A stretch of DNA of 64,000 nt from Octopus sinensis (taxonomy: Eukaryota): positions 63,736,001-63,800,000 of the forward strand of contig NC_043001.1 in NCBI RefSeq assembly GCF_006345805.1, given 5' to 3'. Below, piece by piece: positions 14,235-25,450 of this stretch. The position numbers and the translations under genes were made by a program. The notes below the pieces were generated by a model. It did not search any database, was not told the DNA's origin, and was given only the letters and a program-made list of their open reading frames with translations. Each line of letters starts with the position of its first letter. The stretch's first letter is position 1.

Positions 14235-15150
14235 GTTTCTACTGAATATTTTTGCATATAACTAATATGGATACATTCCTGTCGTCGAGATCTATCATAT
14301 AAGCTAAAATAAAATATAGATTTGCTTTTAAAAATATTTGGACTTAAAGTCGATTTCAGGCGTTATTCTCCCGTTTGTGACTTCACATATTTGACTCACT
14401 TTTTTCTACTGAACCAATTTTCAAATTTTGTTGCTGACAATGTAGCTCATGATGAGACCAATCTAAAAATGTAAATACTATTTAATTTGGTTAAAAACTG
14501 AGTTAGCGACAAAACCTAGAAGTGGTCATGAGTGTGTAAATGCTGACCTCAAAAATATTATTCACACACTACAGCAAGTAAATGATATTTTTTGAAAAGG
14601 TTAGCACCATGACACTCACTTTGATGAGTACTATCACATGAGGTAAAAAACAATTAGGTTTTGAATTTGATTTTTGGCGTTTTTTCGGCACATTCGGACC
14701 CAATAGTTTTTTTATTTAAAATTTTTTTTTTATATAATTGGCATCATCGGATTCCTCTAGTAGACATCTATCAGAAAAGTTAAATGTAAATATAGCTTTC
14801 TTTTGAAAGAAGAAGAATATTTTGAGTCAAAGTCAAAGTCTATTTTGTTAATCTCCTTTTCTTCGCCGATTTTTACCTTAGTACTTTTTTTCTACTGAAT
14901 ATTTTTGCATATAAGTAACATGGATAATTTCCTCTCGCCGATTTCTTTTTAAAAAAAATTTGGACTCAGGTATTGACCTCACATATTTTACTGAATCTTT
15001 TTGTCTACTGAAGCAATTTTCAAATTTATAGCTGAAAATGTAGCTTAAGATGTGACCAATCTAAAAAGTAAACATCATTTAATTTGGTTAAAAACTGAGT
15101 TAGTGACAAAGCCTAGAAGTCGTCACGAGTAAGTAAATGTTGACCTTATG
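14235..15150. repeat. Two diverged ~300-bp direct repeats, probably DNA-transposon internal repeats
   Basis: TTTCTACTGAATATTTTTGCATATAA...TTTAATTTGGTTAAAAACTGAGTTAG...CCTAGAAGT occurs at about 14235-14550 and 14885-15150. Confidence 0.7.
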
Positions 15151-16372
15151 AATAGTAGTGGTGATATATTAATAAGTATGTAGCGTTTTATAATTAACTT
15201 TTGAATAATGAAATAATGTATTTCACTCATAAAAATATTAGTTAAATTAATTTCAACGGTGTTTTGTTTCAGAGATTTTTATAAGGCTTTAACTTTCATT
15301 ATAATAATATCTATGGAAGACCGGTGAGATTATTATTTGTATGGACTTAAAGATTGGTCACAATTTAGCATGTAATTTAAGTATTGCAGTTTACTATTGA
15401 TACCGATACAATGTACATTGGTTTATATGTCTCATTGTTGTAGCTTTATTGAAGTTTGTGTTTAATACTGCCTATATATTGATTGAAATAATGTGGTTAT
15501 TAAGCTTTTACGCTTATATTATACTACGGAAGATGGTAGGGATTATAAATTTTGTATGACGTAATAGAGTTGTCGCTATTTAGTTACGTATTTAGGAGTG
15601 GTTGTAATATACTTATTAAATCTATTTATTGATACGGCTGTACATAGGGTAAATGTGCTTGAAAGTTGCGGTTTCTTTTGTTTGTTCCCCCAAAACACTT
15701 ATTTTAGTGCTGTTGACACCGCCGGATTGAATGGTACTACCCAGGTGTCGAAACCATAACTGTGGGGCAGCTGATGATGGATTGTTGGTATGGGTGTTTT
15801 TGTATATGTGGAATAGTATTATTGGTATGGCTGTGGAATAGTATTAGAACACATTCTTTGTATATACATATATATATATAGTTTTCTTTTTCTTCCATCT
15901 CAATCACAGATTTTTAATTAATTTTTTTAACTAAACAGTTTGAAACTTCTAATACTGGTTGAATTTCTCACGTAGACCACGGTTTACTCTAAACGTTTTT
16001 GACAAAATTTCGTATTTTAGAAGTTATTTCGTGTTAAAGTTGTCATATTTGGGTAATTTCAACCAATCAATGACGTGTATTCGGTTGAAGAAAGCTACTG
16101 CTGTTTTCGATAGTAATCGAAGGTGAACAACTTCTGGGTCATCTCTACTAAATGTCACCACTCTGTTCTATTCGTACGACGAGCGAAGACGATGTCACCT
16201 TTATCCTTTCTCCCTTTCTAGACAGCACCCGCATTCCTTACTCTTTCCCTCCTTTCTACACTATCAATAAGCAACCAGTGAGCGAACTTGTCACTGCCAC
16301 TACAATTACCATATTTTCCGGTCTATAAGCTGCTATTTGTTTTGTTTTACTTTCATGTTTTGATAATGTTAT

Positions 16373-16953
16373 TATGCCCGTGAGCAATTATGGAGTGAAT
16401 TTTAGGGCTTATAAATCTAATATTTTTCTATCCTTCCTTAATACCGGTTCCCATATGCTACACATATCTGCACTCGGCCTACTTAGGAGGTTATTATGTC
16501 CTAGCATATGTGCTGCTTCTTTTAGTTTTCGTATTTTCCAATAGTGTTCCCTGTCTATTATTTTAACTTCATCCCACAGGGGGAGGTGGTCTCCATTCTT
16601 CCATACATGATCAGCTATACTCGATTTATGAATATCTCCTCATGTCACAGCTTTGCGATGTTCGTCTACCCTTATTATGAGGGGGGCGGCATATTTCGCC
16701 TTTGTATAACCTACCACAGTTGCATGGCTTATAAATCTAATATTTTTCTATCCTTCCTTAATACCGGTTCCTATATGCTACTGATATCGTTATTGAGCTT
16801 GATTATTTCTTCGTGGTGTGTATCACGATCGCTACTTATATTCTTTGCACGATGTTTTAGGTACTGAGCAATCCCTCTCTTTACACTGTATGGATGGTGG
16901 GAGTTGAAGTTGAGGTATCGTCTAGTAAAGGTCGGCTTGTGGTATACGGATGT
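16373..16953 (-). pseudogene. Penelope-like element remnant: RT thumb plus GIY-YIG endonuclease
   Basis: Minus strand reads TSVYHKPTFTRRYLNFNSHHPYSVKRGIAQYLKHRAKNISSD (RT C-terminus), then PCNCGRLYKGEICRPLIIRVDEHRK...SIADHVW...WDEVKIIDREHYWKIRKLKEAAHM...WEPVLRK with a stop at 16411-16409. Confidence 0.9.
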
Positions 16954-17177
16954 CCTTTACTAGACGTTAACTCAACTTCAACTCCCACCATCCATTCAGT
17001 GTAAAGAGAGGGATTGTTCAGTACCTAAAACATCGCGCAAAGAATATAAGTAGCGATCGTGATACACACCACGAAGAAATAATCAAGCTCAATAACGATA
17101 TCAGTAGCATATGGGAACCGGTATTAAGGAAGGATAGAACAATATTAGATTTATAAGCCCTAAAATTTATAAACCAC

Positions 17178-17250
17178 GGGCATATGGCATAGTGGTTAAG
17201 AGCGCGGGCTACCAACCCCAAGATTCTGAGTTCGATTCCAAGCAGTGACC
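17178..17250 (+). promoter_or_regulatory. tRNA-derived Pol III internal promoter (A and B boxes)
   Basis: 73 nt; A-box-like TGGCATAGTGG, GGG-CTACCAA-CCC anticodon-like arm, B-box-like GAGTTCGATTCC; acceptor and T stems degenerate. Confidence 0.75.
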
Positions 17251-17303
17251 TGAATAATAATAATAATAATAAAATAATAATAATATAATATAATAATAAT
17301 AAT

Positions 17304-17341
<38 letters not shown>

Positions 17342-17387
17342 CGAAAAATACCTTAGGAATGAGAACCCAGGTTCGAAATTACCCCAA

Positions 17388-17433
17388 AACACCTGATGAA
17401 GGCTGGAGGGTATATCAGACGAAACGTTGTGTT
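17388..17433 (+). ncRNA. Minimal type I HHR
   Basis: Stem I AACAC/GTGTT; CTGATGA 17393-17399 plus A; stem II GGCTG/CAGAC (1 mismatch); GAAA 17421-17424; palindromic ACGT stem III; GUU triplet with cut after 17428. Confidence 0.75.
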
Positions 17434-17699
17434 AACAACAAACAAGATGAGAACAAATATCCGTCAAATGTAAATAATGTAAATACAGGTACTATTATAG
17501 CCCGATTTAATAGAAGAAATATAAAATTATCCCGGTGGATTAGTAATAATAATATTGTCAATAGTATTTTAAACCCCTGTAATGGTGATGATAATAGTGG
17601 ATATCTCGGAATCCAGAAGAATGGAACTACTATAAACAGTGATACCGATAGATAACGAATTTGTGTGATACTATAAATGATAGAAGTAATACTACATTC

Positions 17700-17812
<113 letters not shown>

Positions 17813-17829
17813 TAATAATAATTATAATG

Positions 17830-17885
<56 letters not shown>

Positions 17886-17915
17886 TATAATTATAATAAT
17901 AATAATAATAATAAA

Positions 17916-18466
17916 TGCCCTGATGCAGTACCAAGCAGTGGCTCTCATGGCTTCTGATCTTAACTGATTGGAAGTGTTATCATGTACATTGTTTTGTCTT
18001 GGTATAAAAGATGGGCTACAGCAAATATTCTTCACAGTACCACAGATTTGCTTGTCAGTTGTTTGACCGTAACAAGTTGACCATGTCCCCTAGTGGCTGA
18101 CGATATATACATCTCTGATCCGAGCATAAGTAGCGGAAGAGCATCATAGCCATGTGTTGAGAGGAATACTTTGGGGTTTGGATAATTCACCTTTGGAAAC
18201 ATGGGTGTTTCGTTCAACATCCTTAAAGAACCCTTATTCAGGGACCTTTTGAGCATGATGGGCTACTCGACTTGAAGAAAATTCGAACTGGGCCCCACCT
18301 GCAAGATCAAGCGCTGTTTATCTTGATATGAGATCACTATGTTGCGCACATATGGTTGTGATGCATGTACCTGGTATAACCTTATCAGACGGATAGTCAT
18401 GATGGGTATACTGGGCTCTACTGGGCTCCAAGTGTCATTTTGATGGCATGCACCGCTCTCTCACTC
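17916..18466 (+). mobile_element. ~550-bp non-coding element inserted in (AAT)n
   Basis: Flanked by (AAT)n on both sides; homologous in reverse to 41431-41985. Confidence 0.8.
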
Positions 18467-18467
18467 A

Positions 18468-18530
<63 letters not shown>

Positions 18531-19239
18531 TCCCCAGCTGTAATTGTAGGGTAAGATCCTTACATGTGTGTGTGTTTGTTCATTTATACACACATTATTG
18601 GAGAGACAGAATACGTCTGGATCAAAGAAAAGCTGGATTAAGATTATAATTCCATACATCACACGTTACAGTCAATCAAGATACCAGGAAAATAAAAATC
18701 TGCAAATCCAGTATTTAGTAAGTGAATCGTGGTATGAGGAATTTTGAACAGAACAATATTTTCATTTTTTATAAATATTCTTATTTACGACCTTGCCATT
18801 GCAAAAACACATACACGTTTAACATTCCAGGAAGGGAAAGCATATACATACATGCATGTACATACACACATAGAGACGTATATACATACGTACATACATT
18901 CGCTGTGACTATATGATACGGGTGCCATTGCTACCGAATATGTGCAAAAGAACAAATGTTTCAGTCGTTGGTTGGTTAGTTAGGCTGATACGGTGGTTGT
19001 GAGAGTTGTTGGCTGCTTTGCTAGCTGGCTGGCTGACTGGCTGACTGGCTGGCTGCTTGGAAGGCTGCCTGGAAGTCTGCTTGTCTGTTTGGCTGGCTGA
19101 CTGGTTGGTTTGATAATTTGCTTGGCTATAGGAGTTTGTTATAATTACATATGTTAAGTTAGAATATCACATACAGGCTGGCAGGTGGCGGTACATTTTT
19201 TTTGTGTGTGTGCGTCAGGTTGTGCCTTCGTACAGTAGT

Positions 19240-19286
<47 letters not shown>

Positions 19287-19476
19287 CGTGCATGCGTGCA
19301 TGTCTGTGTGTGTGTGTGTGTATGTGTATGTGTTTGCATGAGTGAGAGGGTGTCTGTGTGTCCGCGCAGACGCGTGTGTGGATGTGTCAGAATACTTCTC
19401 TGAATATCTGAGAACATGTATATATACATGAATATGTGTGTGTTTGTGCGTGGTCTCGTGTACGTATGTATGTATG

Positions 19477-19626
19477 TGTGTGGTAAGAAGCTTGCTTCCC
19501 AACCACATGGTTCCGGGTTCAGTCCCACTGCGTGGCACCTTGGCCAAGTGTCTTCTACTATAGCCTCGGGCCGACCAAAGTCTTGTGAGTGCATTTGGAA
19601 GACGGAAAGTGAAAGAAGCCCGTCGT
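19477..19626 (+). mobile_element. tRNA-derived SINE, 5' half
   Basis: TGTGGTAAGAAGCTTGCTTCCCAACCACATGGTTCCGGGTTCAGTCCCACTG (B-box-like), then CACCTTGGCCAAGTGTCTT core, ending in (TA)n. Confidence 0.8.
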
Positions 19627-19647
19627 GTATATATATATATATAATAT

Positions 19648-19736
<89 letters not shown>

Positions 19737-19739
19737 CCA

Positions 19740-20860
19740 AGGTGTACGTACGCCGCTATACATATATATATAAAATACAAAATGGGACAAGAACGCAAAA
19801 CATCCGGACAGTTAGGTGATGCAAAAATGGGACAACAAAACATCCAGATAGACGATACAAAGAAAACAAGGACGGGTCATTCGAAGTTTTCTTTCCTCAG
19901 TCAAGTACCAGATTATCTTCGCAATTTCGGCTGATTATACTTGAGATTGCTCTAATCTGGCCAGCCCCAAGGAAAAACTAAGCTAAGAGTATTAGATTCC
20001 TTGGAAGAAAGCAGCGAATGTATACAAAAACGAGGACGAAAAAAAACCAACAACGTTACACAAATACAATAAAAATAATAACAGGACATAACATTTAATA
20101 AGGACGAATTAAATTAAGCTGGCATGTGTGGAAATAAAGCCTTACGGCAGGGATACAAGATTTCACAAACACAAGGAGAAATATCGATGTTGCACGGGCA
20201 ACGGCCAGACCAAGAAAGAAAGAACAGGCTTGGCCGAACGCTGATCACGTGGGAAGAGAAGAGAGAGAATTAGAAGCAGAGGGACAGAAGAATTAAGAGG
20301 GGGCAGAAAAAATGACAGGGACACAGTGAAGTGAAAAGTGTAGGGAAAGTGAGCAAAAAGAGAAGGCAAAGAAAAGAGAGGGGGAACGAAAGAACGAAGA
20401 GTGGATACTTCTCTCTCTTAGTGGTTAGTGGGATAAGGAATTTGTAATTCTTACTAATTTCCCTCAACCACTGAACTAGTCATCTTACTTCCCTCAATCA
20501 ATAGCCATTCCCTTTTCTCACCATCTCAGCCATTATTTCTATAGCTTTCATACAAATCTAACACAATAGACTATTATTCACATTCTACTTACCCCACCCT
20601 CCCCACATCCTCCTGCCGTCCACCTTTGCTACTACTACTCCCGACTAGATTCTTTATTAACCCTCACTTTTGAACTATATTTTCTCCTCTCACTATTTCC
20701 TATCTGAATACTTCCCCAATTCCCCCCGCTAATACACTTAGTTCTCTACATTCAATCATTCCATCTTCAGGGAAGAGATCCTACATTTGAGATGTTAAAG
20801 GAAAGAATTTCAAAGATGGAATGATTGAATGTAGAGAACTAAGCGGGGCAAGATCAGCAA
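19740..20860 (-). mobile_element. Probable non-coding 3' region of a PLE-type element with a 5' fold-back
   Basis: Pyrimidine-rich minus strand ending in microsatellite; 31-bp inverted arms 20737-20767 and 20813-20843. No protein motif recognised. Confidence 0.35.
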
Positions 20861-20884
20861 AGGCATCCTCCTCCTGCAGGACAA

Positions 20885-21230
20885 CGCTCCGGTCCACAAC
20901 TCGCGTGTCGCCAGATCAGAAGCACAGGCGTGCAGCTATGAACTCCTCCCCTTGCACCCTCTGATTTTCACCTCTTCCCAGCCATGAAGTTGATTTTGAA
21001 AGGAAAGCGTTTCCCAGATGATGCAGCCTTGATTTCTGAAGTCACGTCGTGGTTGGAGGACCAAGCTGGGGTCTTCTACAAAAACGGTCTCCAGAGCTGT
21101 ATCAAACGATGGGAGAAATGCATAACTCTGGGTTGTTCCTATGTAGGAAAAGACTAATAACTGTGCCAAGTGTCGTTGCTCTACTGCTACGGGAAGTGGG
21201 TCAGGGGCATTACTTATTGAACGCCCCTCG
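20885..21230 (+). mobile_element. Mariner transposon 3' remnant
   Basis: Reads ...PSDFHLFPAMKLILKGKRFPDDAALISEVTSWLEDQAGVFYKNGLQSCIKRWEKCITLG; ends TTATTGAACGCCCCTCG|TA (TIR plus TA). Confidence 0.85.
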
Positions 21231-21286
21231 TATGTAGGCGAATAAAAATCTAAATTGAGTGAATGGCGCAGGTAAAACCCAGACTA

Positions 21287-21526
21287 CATATATTTCTTAG
21301 CTAGCAGAACCTCGAAAGTAATAATTACTAAACGAGGGGTAGCTTAGTTGAATGAATATTACGTTGTCGTCAAAGAATCCCAATTAACACGCAGATGATC
21401 AAATTGGGATTCGTTGACGGTAATGTAACTTTAATTTAACTAAGGTGTATTCGGCCTGGTAGCTAGTGGAGAAGCCCTCGTTGAGTAATTATTACTTCCG
21501 AGGTTCTGCTAGCTAGGAAATATATG
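21287..21526. mobile_element. MITE with ~50-bp terminal inverted repeats
   Basis: CATATATTTCTTAGCTAGCAGAACCTCGAAAGTAATAATTACT... / ...AGTAATTATTACTTCCGAGGTTCTGCTAGCTAGGAAATATATG; the interior is also palindromic. Confidence 0.8.
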
Positions 21527-22257
21527 AAGCGTAGATCAACAGGAATCTCACAAAGTACATGATATCACATATAATCGGTATGTATGAGAGTGTTAGTGTG
21601 CATGCGTGTGTATGTGTGTATAGTAATTTCAAAAATGGCGGCTATAGTAGTACATTTTTTTCTTTCATTACAGTCGTTATAACAATGCATGGTTCAAATA
21701 CATCATGAATGTAAATATAAATAGAAATGTAAATGACTGTGTTTACATATTACATGTGACCCGTGTTCATCTCATCAGACATATAATTGATATATGCACC
21801 AGTGAAACAGACAACGTAATACACGAAATTTTTATATTAGGTTTAAAAGTATTTGAATTCAATTCTTTTCTCTTTGTCCTTAGAGAGTCTACAACAAATA
21901 ATATCAGTAAATTTAGGTTAAACAGGTTCTTGGAGTTATAACGTTTACAAATTTTTCAATGTATTTTCTTTTTCATAAAATACAAAGAGCTCAGTGAAAG
22001 ATATATTTAGGGCAATGCCATGTAGCTATGTATTTATTTATAAATATTCTATATTGATTAATCAATTTCTATTAATACCGCTTATTTCACGTTAGAACTT
22101 GTTTGGTGAATTCTAAAGGGGACGAAACAGGTCTAATTTTTTAAATGGAATTAACGGGATTCTTTATTCAAAATCACAACAATCGTTTCGACGCATTAAT
22201 CATAATGCGTCGAAACGATTGTTGTGGTAAGTATTTCATTTATTCCTTTGCCGCATT

Positions 22258-22316
22258 TATCACTGATGAAGAGAAGGTTCTTACGAATTAACTCTGAAAT
22301 CGGGTCCGATATGGTA
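22258..22316 (+). ncRNA. Type I HHR with a closed stem III
   Basis: Stem I TATCA/TGGTA (one GU); CTGATGA 22263-22269; stem II AGAG/CTCT; GAAA 22296-22299; stem III ATCG-GGTC-CGAT; AUA triplet with cut after 22311. Confidence 0.8.
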
Positions 22317-22452
22317 ATAACGGAATTTTTTGTAGAAATTTCTGTCTGCTTTCTTTGAGGCGCGTACTTATAGTGATAAATTATATGGTTATTGACGAAG
22401 TGTCTATTTTCGGCATATTTGGCATTAGAAATAAGTTGTATATGTATATGTG

Positions 22453-22539
<87 letters not shown>

Positions 22540-22582
22540 GATGTGCAGAATGCTTTACACAACATTCTACAAGGTTTTTATG

Positions 22583-22670
<88 letters not shown>

Positions 22671-22774
22671 TTGGCCTGCTCGCTTAGCCAGCGGGGTGGC
22701 GTCATTCGAAGGCTAAAACAATGCGAACGCATTGTGACCAGCGATGTGTAACAACATCTGATGTTCTGGTCGGT

Positions 22775-22832
<58 letters not shown>

Positions 22833-22970
22833 TATATATACATATACAACTTATTTCTAATGCCAAATATGCCGAAAATAGACACTTCGACAATAACCAT
22901 ATAATTTATCATTATAAGTACGTGTCTCGAAGAAAGCCGACAGAAATTTCTAAAAACAAAATTCCGTTAT

Positions 22971-23029
22971 TACCATATCGGACGCGATTTCAGAGTTAAT
23001 TCGTAAGAACCTTCTCTTCATCAGTGATA
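22971..23029 (-). ncRNA. Type I HHR, second copy in inverted orientation
   Basis: Minus strand TATCA-CTGATGA-AGAG...CTCT-GAAA-TCG-CGTC-CGAT-A-TGGTA; differs from the + copy only in the stem III loop. Confidence 0.8.
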
Positions 23030-23210
23030 AATGCAGCAAAGGAATAAATGAAATACTTACTTATACCCATGCGAGAAGCAAACACTAAGTCATGAGCACA
23101 ACTAAGTACCCCAAATATATCCAAAATAGAAATTCTCCAGCAAGCCTCGACACACGTGCGATTCGAACTGAAAACTTTCACAGAGTGAGAGAGTCTGGAA
23201 TAAATTATAT

Positions 23211-23462
23211 TATTGACGAAGTGTCTATTTTGGACATATTTGGCATTAGAAATATTTTTCTTTTGCCCTTGTTTATAAGTTGTTTATAAATTTAATCTTT
23301 AAATGTATTTTTTAATATGCTGGCCATTGATAGAATTTTTCGAAAAAAATTCTATCAATGGCCAGCATATTAAAAAATACCTTTAAAGGTTAAATTTATA
23401 AACAAGGGCAAAAGAAAAAATTTCTAATGCCAAATATGCCGAAAAAAGACGCTTCGTCAATA
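23211..23462. repeat. ~125-bp-arm palindrome built on the same element tail
   Basis: Centre GATAGAATTTTTCGAAAAAAATTCTATC near 23341; outer TATTGACGAAG / CTTCGTCAATA. Confidence 0.9.
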
Positions 23463-23489
23463 ACAATATATAACAAATATATATATATA

Positions 23490-23537
<48 letters not shown>

Positions 23538-23540
23538 CTC

Positions 23541-23992
23541 TTGACAAATGCCAAACTTCACACACCACCCACCCCCAACAGTAAAAAAATGTGCACGCTC
23601 AAACTGTGTACCTGCCCCTTTCTACTTGAAGGCTCGGAATTTACCTTCAAACAAGGTACGAAGTTTAAAATCAAGACTAACTTCTCCTGTTCCTCCGAGA
23701 ACCTTATCTACGTTCTCACATGCGCTGGTTGCCAACATAATTATGTTGGACAAACGAGTCTCCCGTTACGTAAACGAGTAACGGTGCATAAAAAACAAAT
23801 AAATCTCCCGGAATACCGACAAATTCCACTGAGTGACCACTTAGACTCATGTGCTAAAGACTTAACCCCAAATTCTATATATTCCCCTTCTACCAATGTA
23901 AAGACGGGATCACCACACAGGAGAGAATTAACAAGGAGAATCTCTTTATTGAAAAATTCCAAACACAACTTAATATGCAAACTCCTCGTTGA
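23541..23992 (+). pseudogene. PLE GIY-YIG endonuclease remnant with an upstream Cys-rich linker, frameshifted
   Basis: C..CTCP...FSCSSENLIYVLTCAGCQHNYVGQTSLPLRKRVTVH...PLSDHL, then after a frameshift ERINKENLFIEKFQTQLN with a stop at 23990-23992. Confidence 0.85.
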
Positions 23993-24457
23993 TCAAACTT
24001 CCTTTCTCTACCTCACTCTTCATGGATGGACTAACACAAATATATAAAGATACCATGCATTCATCACTTCAAGCTAAAACTTATATTCTTTAAATATCAT
24101 TTTTACTATTGTTGTTATTACCATCATTTTTATATTATAAATGATATGACAATTTGAAATGCATTGTCTATGCAGATTTATATAATTAGAAAATAATATA
24201 AATAAAGTGTTAAAATCTGAAAGTTAAGTTAACAAGCAATTATATAAAAAAGATAACGCAAATGAAGCTAAAATGATAATTTTATAATTTGGGTTTCACC
24301 AACAGCCCTTATTGAAGAACTCAAAAGAGTTGTCTCCCCTTACTCACAACACAGGAACTGAAGAACCACAATTACTACTACTTCCTGTCCTGCCAACATG
24401 CTGAATTAAACCACACAACACATGCTCTTAATCCCTTTGGATCTTAATACCTCAAGG

Positions 24458-24792
24458 TAATTTTTTCGTGAACAATCATAAAACTCAAGATACACAACGA
24501 ACTCACAATGTATCGGAGTACTTATTTTTTAATTTTTGTACATTTTTATCATTATTCTTTTGCAAAAAACAATGCAATTTTCTTTTTTTCCCCTTTCTAA
24601 TTTTTAAAAAAACTTTTTAAAACATAAATATTCTTGACAAGTCAAACAATGACGAAAACCGGTTGAATAAATATATCAATTTCTCATTTTATTAAAATTT
24701 TCTTTCATTTGAGCATTCTGCATTTAAAAAAAAATTTTCCTTACTTATCATTTCTCCACGTGCGGTCAACACAACCCCACCATTTATTGATC
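24458..24792 (+). mobile_element. ~335-bp PLE-type terminal segment carrying a variant HHR
   Basis: Homologous in reverse to 50436-50793; ends GATC|(TA)n. Confidence 0.75.
24629..24669 (+). ncRNA. Variant type I HHR (U3-A8 core)
   Basis: Stem I TATTC/GAATA; core TTGACAA; stem II GTC-aaacaat-GAC; GAAA(A); palindromic ACCGGT stem III. Confidence 0.6.
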
Positions 24793-24839
24793 TATATATA
24801 TATATTATATATATATATTATATATATATATATATATAG

Positions 24840-24873
<34 letters not shown>

Positions 24874-24888
24874 GTATATATACATGTA

Positions 24889-25085
24889 CTAGCAGAGATA
24901 CCCGGCGTTGCCCGTGTTACATGGAATTGAAGAATTACTTTTCTGTTATATTTTCTGTAATGAACTGGAATATGTATGTTTCGAATTTCATCAAAATTGC
25001 AGATGAGGGTTATTTCCCTCTTTACACACCCTAAAAAAATTGAACACCAATGATGAGGACGAAACACGGAGACAAAGTTCCTGTC

Positions 25086-25120
<35 letters not shown>

Positions 25121-25355
25121 ACACACACACACACACGCACAACGATAAATTTATAGATACAACTGAGTGGGCAAACAAAAATATGAGACACTGCCTAGTG
25201 CTTTTTTTTATTTTGAAAAGCCTGGTACTTATTCTATCAGTTTCTTCTTGTGAAACCAGTAAGTTATGGAGATGTAAGTAAGCGAACACCAGTTCTGAAG
25301 CAGTGATGAGGGAGAAACACAAAGACACACGCATAGACTTACATATATACATACA

Positions 25356-25450
<95 letters not shown>

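Larger units (their letters stand above)
16954..17480 (+). mobile_element. Inverted, internally deleted copy of the same PLE, continuing into a 3' end with a tRNA-like segment and HHR
   Basis: 16954-17159 is the reverse complement of 16726-16931, then continues into GGGCATATGGCATAGTGG... and the HHR. Confidence 0.85.

Noticed and set aside
17178-17250. Functional tRNA gene
   Set aside because: Acceptor and T stems have several mismatches; treated as a tRNA-derived promoter.
17916-17985. HDV-like ribozyme at the start of the (AAT)n-targeting element
   Set aside because: A P1-like pairing (GCCCTGA/TCATGGC) exists, but P3/L3, P1.1 and J4/2 could not be placed.
19871-19905. Minus-strand CTGAGGA...CGAAT motif
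   Set aside because: No GAAA, stem II is out of register and there is no stem I; at most a distant variant.
25045-25075. ATGATGAGGACGAAAC
   Set aside because: C3 is lost, stem II is 1 bp and no stem I can be formed.
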